Shown: positions 25,760 through 39,749 of the stretch, piece by piece | Layout of the letters: the number at the start of each line of letters is the position of its first letter | How positions within the stretch are numbered: the first letter of the stretch is position 1 | Assembly: GCA_023213395.1 (NCBI GenBank) | Contig: CM041465.1 | Location: 161,393,741 to 161,457,740, forward strand | Reading direction: 5' to 3' | Origin: Cycas panzhihuaensis | Taxonomy: Eukaryota; Plantae; Cycadophyta | Length of the DNA stretch: 64,000 nt | Position numbers and translations under genes: made by a program | The notes under the pieces: generated by a model | What the model saw: only the letters and a program-made list of their open reading frames with translations | Database searches by the model: none | Told to the model about the DNA's origin: nothing

Positions 25760-28320
25760 GATTTGAATCTATTTCTACTATGATATTCTTCCTTTTATCT
25801 TTTTCAACTTCTTCTCGATAGTAAGCATATTCCTTGAAGATGATATCCCTCCTCATAATTATCTTCTTTTCTTTTGGATCAAATAGTTTATAGGATCCAG
25901 AAATATTAGAGTATCCTATAAAGATGTATTTGGTGCTTTTATTATCTAACTTAGTTCTTTTTTATTCTAGGATATGGGAAAATACTAGGCATCTAAAAAT
26001 CTTTAAGTGTTGTATACTTGGTTTATGGCTTGACCAAGTTTCCTCTAGTGTGATCCACCTAATAGCCTTAGTAGTATACCTATTCAATAAGTAAACTATT
26101 GTATGCACTAGTTCTACCTAAAAATCGAGTCCAAGTTACTTATCTTTGAGCATACTTCTAGCCATTTTTAAAATAGTTCTATTTTTCTTTTCTATAACTC
26201 CATTTTATTGTGGAGTATAAGGATTGGTGTGCTTCTTTCTTATACCATGGTAGTTATAATATACCTTAAATTCATATGAAATGAATTCTCCCCCATTATT
26301 TGATCTAAGTATAAGAATTCTAAGGCTACTTTATTTTTTAATAAAGGTTTTGAAGCTAACGAAATATTAAAAGGTATTTGATTTAAATTTGAGGAAATAT
26401 ACCCACGTTTTTCTAGTGAAATCATCAACAAAAGTCATGAAGTACCTTGCACTGCCTAATAAAGGTACATCCATGGCTCTACATAGGTCTCTATAGATCA
26501 ATTGTACAGGTTCTTGAGCTATATAATTATTATTTAAAAAACTTTCTCTCTAGTATTTCCCAAGTATATATACTTCACAATGTTTTTTACTTACTTTAAT
26601 AGTAGGAAATCCATCAACCATTTCCACCCTTTTTATCAATGCCAAGTTGTTGGAGTTTACATGGCCAAATCTCTTATACCATATTTCACTATCAAATTTA
26701 ATTAAGTCTTTCCAAGGATAAGTGTATGATGGAGGAATAATTAGCTTGAATAATCTATTACTAGTTGTCTGTCCCTTTGGTATAATTAGTTTATTCTTTT
26801 ACTTATCTTTAATTATACATTCACTATTATCAAAGATAACTTTAGAGTGTTGCTCCATCATCTTACCCACTAAGAGTAGGTTCTTCTTTAAAGCTAGAAC
26901 ATATAAAACATCATTGATAGTTCTAGTTTTGCTTGATTATATAGTGATAGACACATTACCCTTTCTACTAGATGCATGGGTAGTATTATCCCCAAACATA
27001 ATCTTTCTTTTCTTGGACCTATCAATTTCTTTAAAGATTTCTTCTTTATAAGTCATGTGGGTTGAGCATCTTAAGTCAAAGTACCAACTATCTTCCTCCT
27101 TATTAGCCATAAGACTTGAAAGAAAGAGTATCATTATCTCTATCTTTAACTATTGTGTTATCCCCCTTTGTATAATAGCATTTTTGGTGAAGTAATCTTC
27201 ATCTAGGTGTCCCATTTTATAGCAAAAGGAACATTTGATAGTTCCTCTTCCTCTATGGCTATGACTTCTACTTCTAGAGGTTTCTCTTCCTCTAAAAGTT
27301 ACTCTACCTCTTTCAAAGTTTTGGCCTTAAAAATTCATTTGTTTTGGTCCTTGATAGTGCTAGTTTAATCCTTGATAATATCCTTGACCTTCAAAGCTGC
27401 TTTGGCCTTGATAGCATTATTTTAGTACTTAAAATCTTCCTTGACTTTGGAAGTTACTTTATCTTTAATACCTTTGGTTTGGTCCTTGATAACTTCCTTG
27501 ACCTTGGAAGTTATTTTATTCTTAATACCTTTAGTTTGGTCATTGATAACTTCCTTGACCTTGGAAGTTATTTTATCCTTAATGCCTTTGATTTGGTCCT
27601 TAAAATTTTCCTTGACCTTGATTTCATCATCTTCCTCTAAGGGATGGCCCTAGTTTTTCACCTCTTTATCTTATTCTATCATTGGTGGCAAAGGCATGAT
27701 CAAGTGGCCCATTGCCCCTTTTCTTTCCTTCAATAGTTAGGATCATGGTACTTAGTTGGTCAATTTAAAGAGTACTAAGGTCTTTAGATACCTCAATACT
27801 AGTGGCTACTAATTCAAATCTCTTGATTTCTCTAACACATCTCAAAATCCTTTTTATAATTCTTTGTTTACTTAGCACTTCACCTAGGGTTCTCATTTAA
27901 TACACTAAGTCTTGTACCTTAGTGATGAATTCATTTACTCCTTCTCTAGATGACATCCTTAGATTTTCAAATTTGCTTTAAAGTGTATGTAGCTTAGAGG
28001 ATGTCACTCCTTCATAAATCATCTTAAGGGTATCCTAAGCTTCTTTAGATATATGAACTTCACTTACTCAAGGGAAAATGTGATACTCTAAAGTACAAAA
28101 TATGAGAGTCAATGCCTCATTATCTCTTTTGGCATACTCCTTATAAACTATCTTTTCATCTGTAGTGGTAGTATTGTTGATTTCTTCATATCCTTCATTG
28201 AGAAGCTCCCACATATCTTTTGTAATAAAGATATGCCTCATTTGCCTACTCTAGTTAAGAAAATTAGAAAAATCAAACTTAGGTACAACTGTGTTTCCAA
28301 GATTTATTACTATTATGAAA
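25760..28320 (-). pseudogene. Degenerate gag-PR-INT of Copia A
   Basis: Gag VPKFDFSNF and KRDNEALTLIF, zinc knuckle CSFCYKMGH, PR WYFDLRCSTHMT, WYKRFGHVN, INT YFMTFVDDFTRKTWVY and PYTPQ*NGV. Confidence 0.85.
27340..27625 (-). repeat. 57-bp (19-codon) tandem repeat within Copia A gag
   Basis: Unit ttccttgaccttggaagttattttatYcttaatacctttggtttggtccttgataac, about 3 good plus 2 degenerate copies. Confidence 0.9.
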
Positions 28321-30506
28321 AATAAATTGCCTTAAAAATATAACCTAAAAATTTAAATGTTCTTATGTCTTATCTACTTAATAGGTTATTATTCTAGAAT
28401 TCTAAGTTTTAGGGTCTTTAAGGAAAGCTCTCGATTACTATCATGTTTAGTGGTGCATGCTGACAAGTGGTAAACTAAGGGCCCTATATACCAATATGTG
28501 ATCTTAATACCTTATATAACTCAGTGTATGGACTGCTAAGAAGGCTCAAGACCCCCCTGATTTGTGGATTTGCCTATGTCAGACCTATACCTAGTGATAG
28601 ATCTAGTAGTGAGAAATTAAACAACCAAGGCACTCATAACCTCTAGGTCTAGCCTAGTCTCTAATCTTCAAAGGAAAGTTTTCCACCTCAGACTACCACC
28701 TAATCGACCTTATAGCCAATGGTTTTATCAACAAATTAGAGAAAGACCAAGGGCATGTGTAGGGTGGCAACTTCAAGGGTCCTAATCGTTCCCCTTGCAA
28801 AGCTAGTATAGATATTATAAATTGGGGAATTATCTTAGTTAATATTTCAAATTAAGATAATTTTAAGTAATCTTGTTTATAAATAATACTTCTTTTTATG
28901 AATGAAATCTAAAAAATAAAAGTAAATAAAAGGAACTAAAATGAAAAGGAAGGTTTAAAAAGCTCATTTTTAAAGACTTGATCCAAGAAGAATTACTTCA
29001 ACCTTTAAACAATACTCCTATAAAAAATTAACCATAAGCACTTATAAGTCTAAATAATAGGTTATGACAACTTACAAATAGTCATACTATAATGTAGTAT
29101 CAATAAATCTTGAAAGAATGGGAAATTAAGCCTTTAAATGATAAAAAAAGACTCAATGAAGGTTAAATACATGGTCCAAATTTAATAGCTGAAACTCCTA
29201 TAAAATATATCCAAATTAATCTTAAACTAAGTTTAAATTATAACACTCTAAGTTAGATTTCCAATGGTTCAAATGATTCAGAAAATAGACTCCCAGTTGA
29301 AAAGTTATTACAAAAATAGTATGAAGATCTCCTTATGGACAAAAAATAAAGTAGGGTTAGGTCTTTAACCCATTTGACTATGTAGCCCTAGATCACCTAT
29401 CATCAACATATGACCACCTACTAGGTTGAAGAAGGGTTAGAAATTTTCAAATAGAATTCTAATATAGTTAAATCAATAAAAAACTTTATAAAAATAAATA
29501 TATTCCAATATTATAAAAAATGAAGATGTAAGAGCATTAACTGTATAATATATTAGTGATAGATTGATGAAATATCATCAAATCCTTCAAGTTTTTGCCT
29601 CACATTGGAATTAATAAGCTCAAGCAAGTTATAAGCTAAAGATTTTCCTTAAAATAAGGGCTAGTTAATAATATATAGCTACAGGTGAAGTTACAGACAT
29701 TGACTCAATAAAACAGAGAACTTCTACTCAACAGAATAGATAAATAGAAATATCTGTATAAAATAGGTTTTCTTGTGACAAAAAATGAAGGCAGTTTCAT
29801 GAAGTTACATGCATATATCTCATGTAGAGTTGGACACATATATAGGTCATTACTTTTGACTATTTTCCCTTTGTAGATACGCTATTTTGGGTCATAAATT
29901 GAATAAACCTTGGCTTTTAGAGTAGAGAAGGTGGATTTGATTTATGTGGGTAAGGCACATGGAGGATTCAGATATAGAGATTTCACATGGTATGCAGGAT
30001 GATCAGTGTGGATGAACTAGACTTTGAGTTTTTAGGAAACAGATCTACTTGGGAAACAGATCCAATGAGTTGTATATGGTCCAAACCAATGTTTATACCA
30101 ATGAAAAGGGCGATCACAGGCAGAGAGAGTGGATCTATGGTTTGATCCCTCTATGGATTATCACTCATATTTCATTTTGTGGAACCACTATCACATGGTA
30201 ATCCTAGTGGATGATTTGCCAATACAGGTTTACAAGAACAATGAAGGAGGAACCAAGTTTATTTCCATGGAAAAGTAGTAAATGAGACAAATAAAACAAG
30301 CTAGGAATGGAACCAACTAATGCATATATAGAACGAGGTTCTACTTTTTTTTTTTACAATGAAATTAAACCAAGCCTTCTTCAACATGAAAACAAACAAA
30401 TATATATACCAAATAATACCAATCAAATATATATAATATAAATCAACTATTTATCACAATCCATAATATACTCTATAATGCTCCATAGCCTAGCTATGAT
30501 ACCAAA

Positions 30507-30775
30507 TGAAGGTAATAACAGGAGTCAAAGAGAGCAGATCATTGTAGCAAAGGAAAACATGAGACAATAATGGTAGTGTTAAAGAACACCTAGGGTCTTA
30601 CGACCCTTGTATAAATAGATGAGAGTTGGGTAAGAGACCAACATCTACCATCATCTAGTGTTTAAAAACATTGTTTAAAATAATCCATTTACATGGCTTA
30701 AGTCAGCTCCCTAAAGTCCAATGTTGGCATGCATGCCATGTATATCATTAAGTAATTCATGAACATTATCCAACA
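30507..30775 (-). repeat. 5' LTR of Copia A
   Basis: TGAAGG...TCCAACA next to the PBS. The E3 gag reading frame (SILCFQ*LVDIFVNYF) resumes at 30776. Confidence 0.75.
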
Positions 30776-32540
30776 TCCATACTATGCTTCCAATAGTTAG
30801 TTGATATATTTGTCAACTATTTTAACATAACACATCAATTTGAGATTGGGGCTAAATCCCTACTTTCTCTTAAACAAGAATTGGATTAGCTCAACCATGA
30901 TTTTATTTATTGATTCCATGACATCCTCTATTCCTTCAAGGCCATATTGCTTAACGACTTGAAGAGGGATATTTTTATAAATGTACTTTACCTTAAAGTC
31001 CATGCTAAAGTTCTCAAAATAGGGGCAATGATATGTGATTTAGCTATAGTTAAATGCTTGGCCCCTCAAATCCATTAAGATCTAATCTAGTCTTTAAAAG
31101 GTCAATAGACCTACCCTGCATCATAAGGCACCTCCTTCCCCATGAGATTGAAGGCCATAGATAATGACTTCTAGGCCTTTTGTTGATAGAACTGATAAAA
31201 TAATGGACTCATTCACATTCATCATTCACTCATTTGAGTTAGTAATTAAATATTTAAGGCTCCAACTAAATCAATCTATGCCCAAGCCACAGGCTCCTTT
31301 GCATTGGTATAGACCTATTCATCAAGCTTCTTAAACTATAACATAAATAAAAGGAGGGCTTGACCCTCCTCAAGAAAAGAAGTTTTGACCTTCTTTCAAG
31401 AAGAGATAGGGCATTATCCATGGCCATTATTCTCATGATGATGCCTACTACTAGACACAACACCTTTAGTTAGCATCTCTTCATGATCCACTATTATAAC
31501 CATCTTCCAATTCAAACCTAGTCCAATTGATCTATCAAGACCCATTCCTGAGACATGATACTCCTAAGAAACCGTCTTAACCATAAGACCAACAAGGTAA
31601 GGGGCATCATCAACCTTAACAAAGGTTTTCCCCTCCTACCCTAGCTTCTATTCAACCTAAAGGTAAATCCCAAGTTGATCTAGTTATCCCCACTAACCCT
31701 AAAACCTAAGATAAACCTCCATTTATCTAATATCATATACTCAAAGGTAAAAGGGTGATCCATATTTTGGAAACCACCTAGGTTTCCTAGTAACTCATAC
31801 TCAAATAGCTAAAGAATCTAGGGAAGCTTCACCATTTTAATAACCACCCATTGACCCTTGTCTCATTAAAATTCTTATTGTCCCAAAGATAATTCCTATT
31901 TGCCTTAATCACTACAACTTTAAAAGGGATCTTCCCCAACCCATCAGTAAGGAGAAGCTCTTCTCTATTATAGAATAACTTTATCCTATCATTATTGGTA
32001 TGTCTATGATGGATATCTTATGAAGCTACCTCAACTAGTAAGATTTATTTCTTGAAGGCCTCTGGTATAAGGAAGTCCCTATTCATTCAATCACTACCAT
32101 ATCTTAAGACTTGCCTATCATTTATTTCAACCTAAGTTACCTACTACCCCACAAAAAGTATAAGTAATGTTAGAACTATCTATTCATTATTACGATTGAG
32201 ACCCTTAAATTTACCCTAAAGAGAACAGCAATAGATAATGGATCTTCATTTAGTTCCATGCCTATTATAATGCTCAAAAAATTGGGTATTGGGATCTTGA
32301 ACCTATCCCATAGAAGTGCTAAGGGTATGATGGCAACAAAAAAGCTCCCCTTAAGACCATCACCTTGCACTTGATCCTAGAAGATAAAACTACACAATTG
32401 GTATTGTTGTCTTAGATATCAAAATTAATTATAATCTCCACTTAGGATGGCCCTAGTTGGACCAAATAGGGGCCATTTAATCTTCTTTATTGGACCAACT
32501 TAAATTTATTCATGAAGGATAGGTTTGGGTTATGTCCTAT
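30776..32540 (+). pseudogene. gag C-terminal part and protease of E3
   Basis: FHDILYSFKAILLNDLKRDIFINVLYLKV (homologous to E1/E2 gag). PR AIDNGSSFSSM at ~32228 and YNLHLGWP*L. Confidence 0.8.
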
Positions 32541-33897
32541 GAGCCGCCCTCATCATGATCATTACTTCCTACTTGTTAATCCATCTTTGAAGCCATGGAT
32601 AGTAATTATAATACCTCTGATCCTTTCCTAGTAGCCTTCTTTAGTGGTTAAGACCCTATCATAAAATATATCTCCTATTTCCAAGACCTAGTAGGGTCTA
32701 TTTCACCCTAATTAGTGTAATTACCTATGATTACCTTACTATCCTTAGTGACCTTAAGTATGATAGTGAGGACTTTGAGTCAGCTATAAGATAGTTGATT
32801 ATCATTACTAACTTCTAGGGAGAAACATCTCATAGAGATATATCCATCCCTTTGTTCCAAACCCATATACTTTTGTTGTCCCCTCAATCCAATAGGATTC
32901 CATTGAGAAAGTGTAAGTATGGTCTCCTCAATGTTCATCTTATCAAGAATCCCCTTTCAACAAGTATTATTCGCTCATCATTCTACCTAGTTACTCCATA
33001 ACTACCATCCAAATTGCCTAAGAGATGATCACCCATTACCCAAACTAAGCAGACACACTTCTCCCTCTCTTATATAGGTGACTTTCTAATGAGACAACCC
33101 TTATCTATCTACTTATTTGGACACCATCTTAGGAGCCCTTAAACCCACTCGTCTCAGGCCTGTCTCTTTATTCACTACCTAAACCTACCCACCTCACCTA
33201 TTGTGAACTATTAATATGGTTTTCTATGTATGGGATTACCTAAATCCTATGGTTATAAGGCTAGACCCTAACCTATCTATTCTTGTTGGTGATTCAAATA
33301 AGGACTCTAAGTTACTCCTCTCATATGATAGGTTAATCATCTATGATCAAATCCTCTTCAACCCTCTCCAAGAGCATTCTAAAACATCTACTCTTATTCA
33401 TTGCCTAATTTTATGTCTTTATTCTAGCTCATCTAAAGAATTACCTTATTATCTTAATTAGGAGATTGATCATTATATGGACTCTCCTAATCTATACCTA
33501 GCCCTTTATGTCATGTTTAAGACCATCCATATGGTTGATTACATCAAAAATAATGAAGCCTTGCTTTAGCACTTAGAGGAATTGTCTCCTGACCTACCTC
33601 CAAATCATCATAAATTAGGGTTTTAAAAGTGCCTTATCATTAACTCCTTACTTACAATTCTTAACATTGCCTAAACTCCTTTTGACCCATAAATTAAGCA
33701 AGCCCCACTTCATTTTAAGGAGGGGAATATCCTCTTATCTAGCAAAACTATAGAAAATATCCTCACCCTAGAAAAGATTATTAAAGTAGATGTTAAATGT
33801 TTCTATGAGGAAATTAAAGAGTACACTAGGCTAATCTAGGAGTTATGGATATATTCATGTGGGATTGCATTGATATAAATGGTATAAGCCTTAAAAT

Positions 33898-34556
33898 TAT
33901 TAGATAATGTGATAATAATGTTTTGGAAGTAAATAATTTTGACAAGTTGGTAGCACAGTTTCCCCTCTAAACTTTCATAAGGGGATCCAAGGAGGGTAAG
34001 AACCCCCTCGGCTAGGGGGTGTAGGAGGTGCCAGAACCCCTCCCCCTCCACAAAGAGGGGGTTCAGGTGCGGTACCTCCCAACCTAAAAGGCTAGCACTG
34101 TAAAACATACTATATTGTAAAGAGAATCAGGGTAGTTCATTCAAAACACCCTAGATTTGATGGTCAAGATTTGTGTCTTATATGACTCTCTCATATAGAC
34201 TGATTTAGGGTTTTTTTTCATGATGTTAATAATATTCGATATATTGGATGTACTGTATTGTAAAGATGCATCTGGTTATTATGTCTATGAGTATTCTAGT
34301 ACAGATTATGTACATTTCTTTATTCTTAGATAATAAAGATTGATACCTTTTCTACATGGATATTTCCCTAGCATACAACTAAGGTTTTACCATGTTATAT
34401 CTGGTGTATATGTGATGCTTTAGCTTTTTGATTTATTTATTATATTATCTCTAGTTTAAGAACTTGCATGCTAAATTTCAATTTTAATTCCTATGACTAG
34501 TTACAAAATAGTTTAGGTCTTGGCAGCGGTTTCTGGTTATCCTAGTTTTCTCAACA
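33898..34556 (+). mobile_element. Copia-type solo LTR (659 bp) inserted into the E3 RT N-terminus
   Basis: TATTAGATAATG (decayed TGTTGG)...CTCAACA with TSD AAAAT/CAAAT. Excision restores GISLKIMTHNL. Contains a Copia-like ggttttaccatgttatatctggtgt block. Confidence 0.75.
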
Positions 34557-34718
34557 CAAATCATGACTCACAATCTTACCATAATATTTAGAGCAAAGCT
34601 AGTCTAATAAAAATAATTGTCTCTTCACCCCAAGTTGTCAACAATAGTAAAGATGGAGGTTGAAAAGATACATAATACTAACCTTATAACATTTATAAAC
34701 TATCCTAAATGGGTGTCT

Positions 34719-37700
34719 TAAAGAGGAAATATAATTGCATAAGTAATATATTAATAGAACTCTAAACCATTCAAAGAAAAATAATATAACTAAACCAAGT
34801 ACGAAACAAAGAACACCAAGAGATTCTAGTCTAAGAATATACCTTTTATTAATTTAAATAACAACTAAAAAGTTATAGCTAAATCTCTTTTCATTAACTC
34901 ATCAAAGACTCATCCAACCTTCTTATATATACCATTATAGAATAATATATAGATACAATTTTATAAGATATTGCCTTAAAGTTTTTACAATATAATGGGA
35001 ATAAACCATGGGCCGAAAAATACCCCTATAAGATACCCAAAGTTTTTTCTTTGAGGATTCTGCCCTCAAACCCCCACCTAGGGGGTCATTAGCCCCACAT
35101 ACCCTATTAAGGGCCTTGAGTGTAATGCTTGTATCGATTTAATACTTATAAAATGTTAAATATATCCAATAATCTCCCACTTATTAAACACTTTATAATA
35201 AACCTACATATATAAATACTAAATACCAAAATCATAAACACTAATTACCTTTGAATTTTTCTAACTTAACAATCTTAGAGACCAATCTTAAAATTACACC
35301 ATCTAATTTTTTCTATGTTAATAATCTTGGTTAATAAGTCTGTAGCATTCTCCTATGTAACAATTTTCTACAAGTCCACCTTGTAGTACTAAATTATTTT
35401 CCTCACAAAATAGAACTACACATCACTATGTTTTGATCAAGCACAAAATATAAGATTCTTTGTCACGTAGATTACACTTTGACTATCATAATCTATCCTC
35501 ACAGTATCATGCTTAAAGATGATATTTATATAAAACCTCTATAACTAAACTACTTCCTTGCATACATGAGTAGTTGTTATATACTCTACTTCTATACTCG
35601 AAAGTGTAAAAACTTATTATCTTTTGCTAATCTAGTTGATTGAACCACCACAAAAGGTAAAAACATACTACTTATAGATCTTCTATTATTAAGATATTCA
35701 ACCTAATTAGCATGGACAAATCCTTTTAGGTTTATTATTTTAATCTCTATGGGATCTTCTTGGTAGTAAATTATATAGTCTAATATGCCTTACAGATACC
35801 TAAGAATCCTTTTCATAACCACCTAATACTCCCAACCTAGGTTTGACATGTACCTACTAATTACTCCTACTACATGGGAAATGTCTGGTTGAGTGTAAAC
35901 TATTATGTACATGAGACTACTAACTACAATAGCATAAGGGATAAATTCCATATCTTCAATTTCTTATTGAGTTTTCAAGTATTATTTAGTTAATAATTTT
36001 AAACCAATAAGAAGAGAAATATTAATTGGTTTATTATCCTATAAACTAAACCACTATAGTATTATCTCAATGTATTTCTTATTTCTCCTATCTCTTTTAA
36101 TCTAAATTCCCAAAATAAAATGTGTATTATAAAGATCCTTCATCTTAAAATGAGATGCTAGTTGCCTTTTTACAAGCTGGTTTATTTCTTTACTATTACT
36201 ACCTAAAAGTATATCATCAATATATAAAGCTAGAATAACAAAGTAATTACCAACCTATTTATAATAGACATAATGATCTACTTTGCTTCGCATAAAGCTA
36301 TATGTTAATGTATTTGAATTAAAATTTTGATACTACATCCTCAATGATTATTTCAAGCCATATAATGACTTCTTTAACTTACACGTATACTCTCCTTCCT
36401 TGCAAGTTCAAAACCTTTAGGCTATAATATATAAATTTCTTCCTTGAGGTCATCATAAAGAAATGTAACCTTCACATCCATCTAATCCACCTCAATATCA
36501 CAAGAAACTTCTACAATAAACAAAAAAACAATTAAAGCTACCTTTACAATACAAGAAAACACCTTATTAAAATTTATTCCCTTGACATGGGAATAGCCCT
36601 TTACTACTAAATAGGGCTTATACTTTTCTATAGTACTATCTGCTCAAAACTTTTCTTAAAGATCCATTTATTATCAATAAGTTTTTTGCCATTAGGTAAA
36701 TCCACCAAATCCTATATATTAATTTTATCTAAGACTATCATTTCTTCTTCTATGGTCTTTATCTAGATTTAGCTCTCTTTTGACTCTAAATCCTTCCAAA
36801 TAATACCTAGATCATCATCTATAGTAGATAAAATGAAAGAGGTGCAACAAAAATCTTTAGGAATATACTTGTCACGATGTCTTCTCTAATGAGTTGATCT
36901 CTTTAAGATGTGGGGTTCTTGAGATTGGACTACCTCTATAACTAGTCCTGTCTCTTCAACTTACTTACATTCTGATGCAAAATCTTCATCCCTTACCTCA
37001 AATCATACTTTTTTAAAGTCTTCCTCCTTTGGTTTTTAATCCTATTTTAGAGACTTAAAACTCCTTTCTAAAGATAACATTATGGATATATACAACTTTC
37101 TATATTTTAGGGTTATAAAGCTTGTATCCTTCAATATCATTATCATAGCTAATAAAAATAGCCTTTTATGCTTTGAAACCAAGCTTAGTCCTCTATAAGC
37201 TAAGGACATACATAAGAACTTTATAACTAGAAACTCTAAGATGACCAAGAGATGGTTTCTTACTAAACCACACTTATTTAGGTATTTTATACACCAAGGT
37301 AGTCATCAATGACTTATTTATTAGGTATCTTGTAGTCACCATAGCCTTAGCCCAAATTTTCTTCTCTAAACTAGTAACATTGAGCATACTTCTCAATCTC
37401 TCTAGTAAGGTCTATTTATTGTTTTAATAACTCCATTATATAATAGTGTATAGGGAGTTATCTTCTATCTTGTTATCCCACATTGCTTATAAAACTACTT
37501 AAACTCCTTCGAGAAAAACTTATCTCCATTATCAAGACTTAGCATCTTGATCTACCTATTACTCTAATTCTTGACTAAGGCCTTAAATTCTTTAAATTTA
37601 CTAAAGACCTTAGATTTTTGCCTAAGAAAGTATAGCCGTATCTTTCTTGAGAAACCATATATAAAAAGATAAAGCATTTAAACCCACCTAATGAGGGAAC

Positions 37701-39749
37701 ATTAATAGGTCTAAAAACATCATTGTACACCAGTTGTAGAGTACCCTTTTCTCTCTTTAAGCTTAAAAGAAAATTCACCTAATTCTATTTGCCATAAATA
37801 TAATGCTCACAAAAATCAAAATTAGAAAAACCATTAATTTTTAAAATGCCTTCTACCATACCTTTAAAGAATAAACCATGGAGGCTTTTCTCTCTAATGT
37901 AGCCCAATCTTCGATGCCACAATATAGTTTTACTAGTAAGTGATAATTGGGTCCCTCCTATATTATTACTATTTTCTATAATAGCTAGACTATAATTACC
38001 AACACACACCATACTTATATTAAGCTTCTATAGTGTTCTAAATTGGACTCCTTTTGCCAATACTAATGCTCCTTAAACTATTCTATAACTATCTTTATTG
38101 AAAATCACTTATATTCCTACATCACCCAATTAATTAATAGACAACTAACTCAGCCAAAACAAGAATATGACTCATATTAGAGATAGTTTTAACCAATTCA
38201 TCCCTAAACTAAACCTTCACCCTTCCACAATCCATAATTTTATATGGATAGTAATCCTTAAGGTATACTTTATATTTGTATTTATAAAACCTCTTCCTAT
38301 GGGAAGTAACATAAAGTAAGACACCTAAGTTAGTTAACCAAGACTCAATATTTAACAACCTATATTAGGTTGCCAAATAAACATCACTATCATCTTCATT
38401 AGAGGCTTTTTCTACCATGGAAGAAGTAGCTTTAGGTGACTTTCCCTTATCAACCTTATCTCAATATTAGCTCTTCAAATGGCCAACCTTCCCACATCTT
38501 CAGTATACCAAGGGATTCCAACTTAGAGATTTATATTTCCCTCTAGATTTTGGTCATCTATTCCTAAGACTTTGTCGATCATAATTCAATATTTAATCTC
38601 TCATCATTAATACTTCTTTTGAATCATCTTCAATAGATTTATGCCTCTCTTCTGATAGTAGCGTGATAATAACATCATCAAATTTTATACTGTTAGTAGT
38701 TGTATTGCTAATCATCATCATAAGATTATCTCAAGAATTAGGAAGTAAACATAACAATGTAATACACTTATCTTCCTTAGATATTATTATCCTAATTGAA
38801 ATAAACTAGCTCTCAAATTGCATCTCTATCACTCATCCTAAGTGAATATAGCTTTTTGTAAAGAAATAGATTATTAACTAGGGACTTAGTTTGATACAAA
38901 GCCTCTAACTTATCCCATAGATCTTTAGTTGTAGACTCTATGGCAACATTCAATAACATTGTATCTAAAAGGTATAACCTTTTTGAACTAACTGCTTTTT
39001 AATCGAACTTCTTCTAGTCTTTATCAACCATATTTACAAGCTTTATTTTTACCACAGTAATTTAATGATCATTTTCAATGAGGATATCTTCTATCTTTAG
39101 ATTCTACAACTCAAAGTTCTTACCATTAAACTTTTCAATCTCCTTCTTCATAGTGCTTGTCATAATCTTTGTACTCAAGTTCATTAGATAAGGCTCCTAC
39201 TCATCAAAAGGATTTCCATAAAACTAAAACCCTTAGCTTGGATAACAAATGAAGAGAAAATATAACCACAAGAGTAATATATTAATAAAACTCTAAATCA
39301 TATAAAGAATAAATAACATAAATAAACTAAGCATATAATAAAGAATATCACTAGATTTTGGTCTAAGAATAGACATTTTATTAGTCTGACCAACAACTGA
39401 AGAATTATATAAATAAAAGCCTTGACTCTCTTCTCATCAACTTATCAAAGACTCATCTAACCTTCTTACATATGTCATTATAAAAGATTATATAGACATA
39501 AATTTACAAGATAGCACCTTGTGATTTTAACAATATAACAGGCATAAACCATATGCTAAAAAAGACCCCCATCAAACACTCAAAAATTTTTCTTAGGGGC
39601 TTTTTCCCTTGAACCCCTATTTAAGGGGTTGCTAGCCCCCTAGACCACCTAGTTAAGGACTATACCATGGGCCTCTGGACCACACTGAGGGGCTCAAGTG
39701 TAACGTATATACCCATGTAGCACTTATAAAGTGTTCAACATATCCAACA
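34719..39749 (-). mobile_element. Copia B: full-length decayed Tnt1/Tork-like element inserted into E3 RT
   Basis: LTRs 34719-35171 and 39250-39749, PPT AAGTGGGAGAT, decayed Met PBS at 39236-39247, TSD TGTCT/TATTT. Host reading PKWVS|NIMLVAKK. Confidence 0.9.
35290..39165 (-). pseudogene. Degenerate gag-PR-INT-RT-RH of Copia B
   Basis: KKEIEKFNGKNFEL, LLCLLPNS(W)DNL, LWHRRLGYI, LALYIDDILL, IPYAIVVSSLMY, ENATDLLTK. Confidence 0.9.

Larger units (their letters stand above)
25682..30775 (-). mobile_element. Copia A: 5' LTR, long 5' UTR, gag-PR-INT, cut after INT by the E2 insertion
   Basis: LTR 30507-30775 (TG...CA), Met PBS TGGTATCATAGC at 30493-30504, Copia order gag-PR-INT. Confidence 0.85.

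Noticed and set aside
27340-27625. CRISPR-like regular repeats
   Set aside because: These are tandem 57-bp coding repeats without unique spacers, in a eukaryotic Copia gag.
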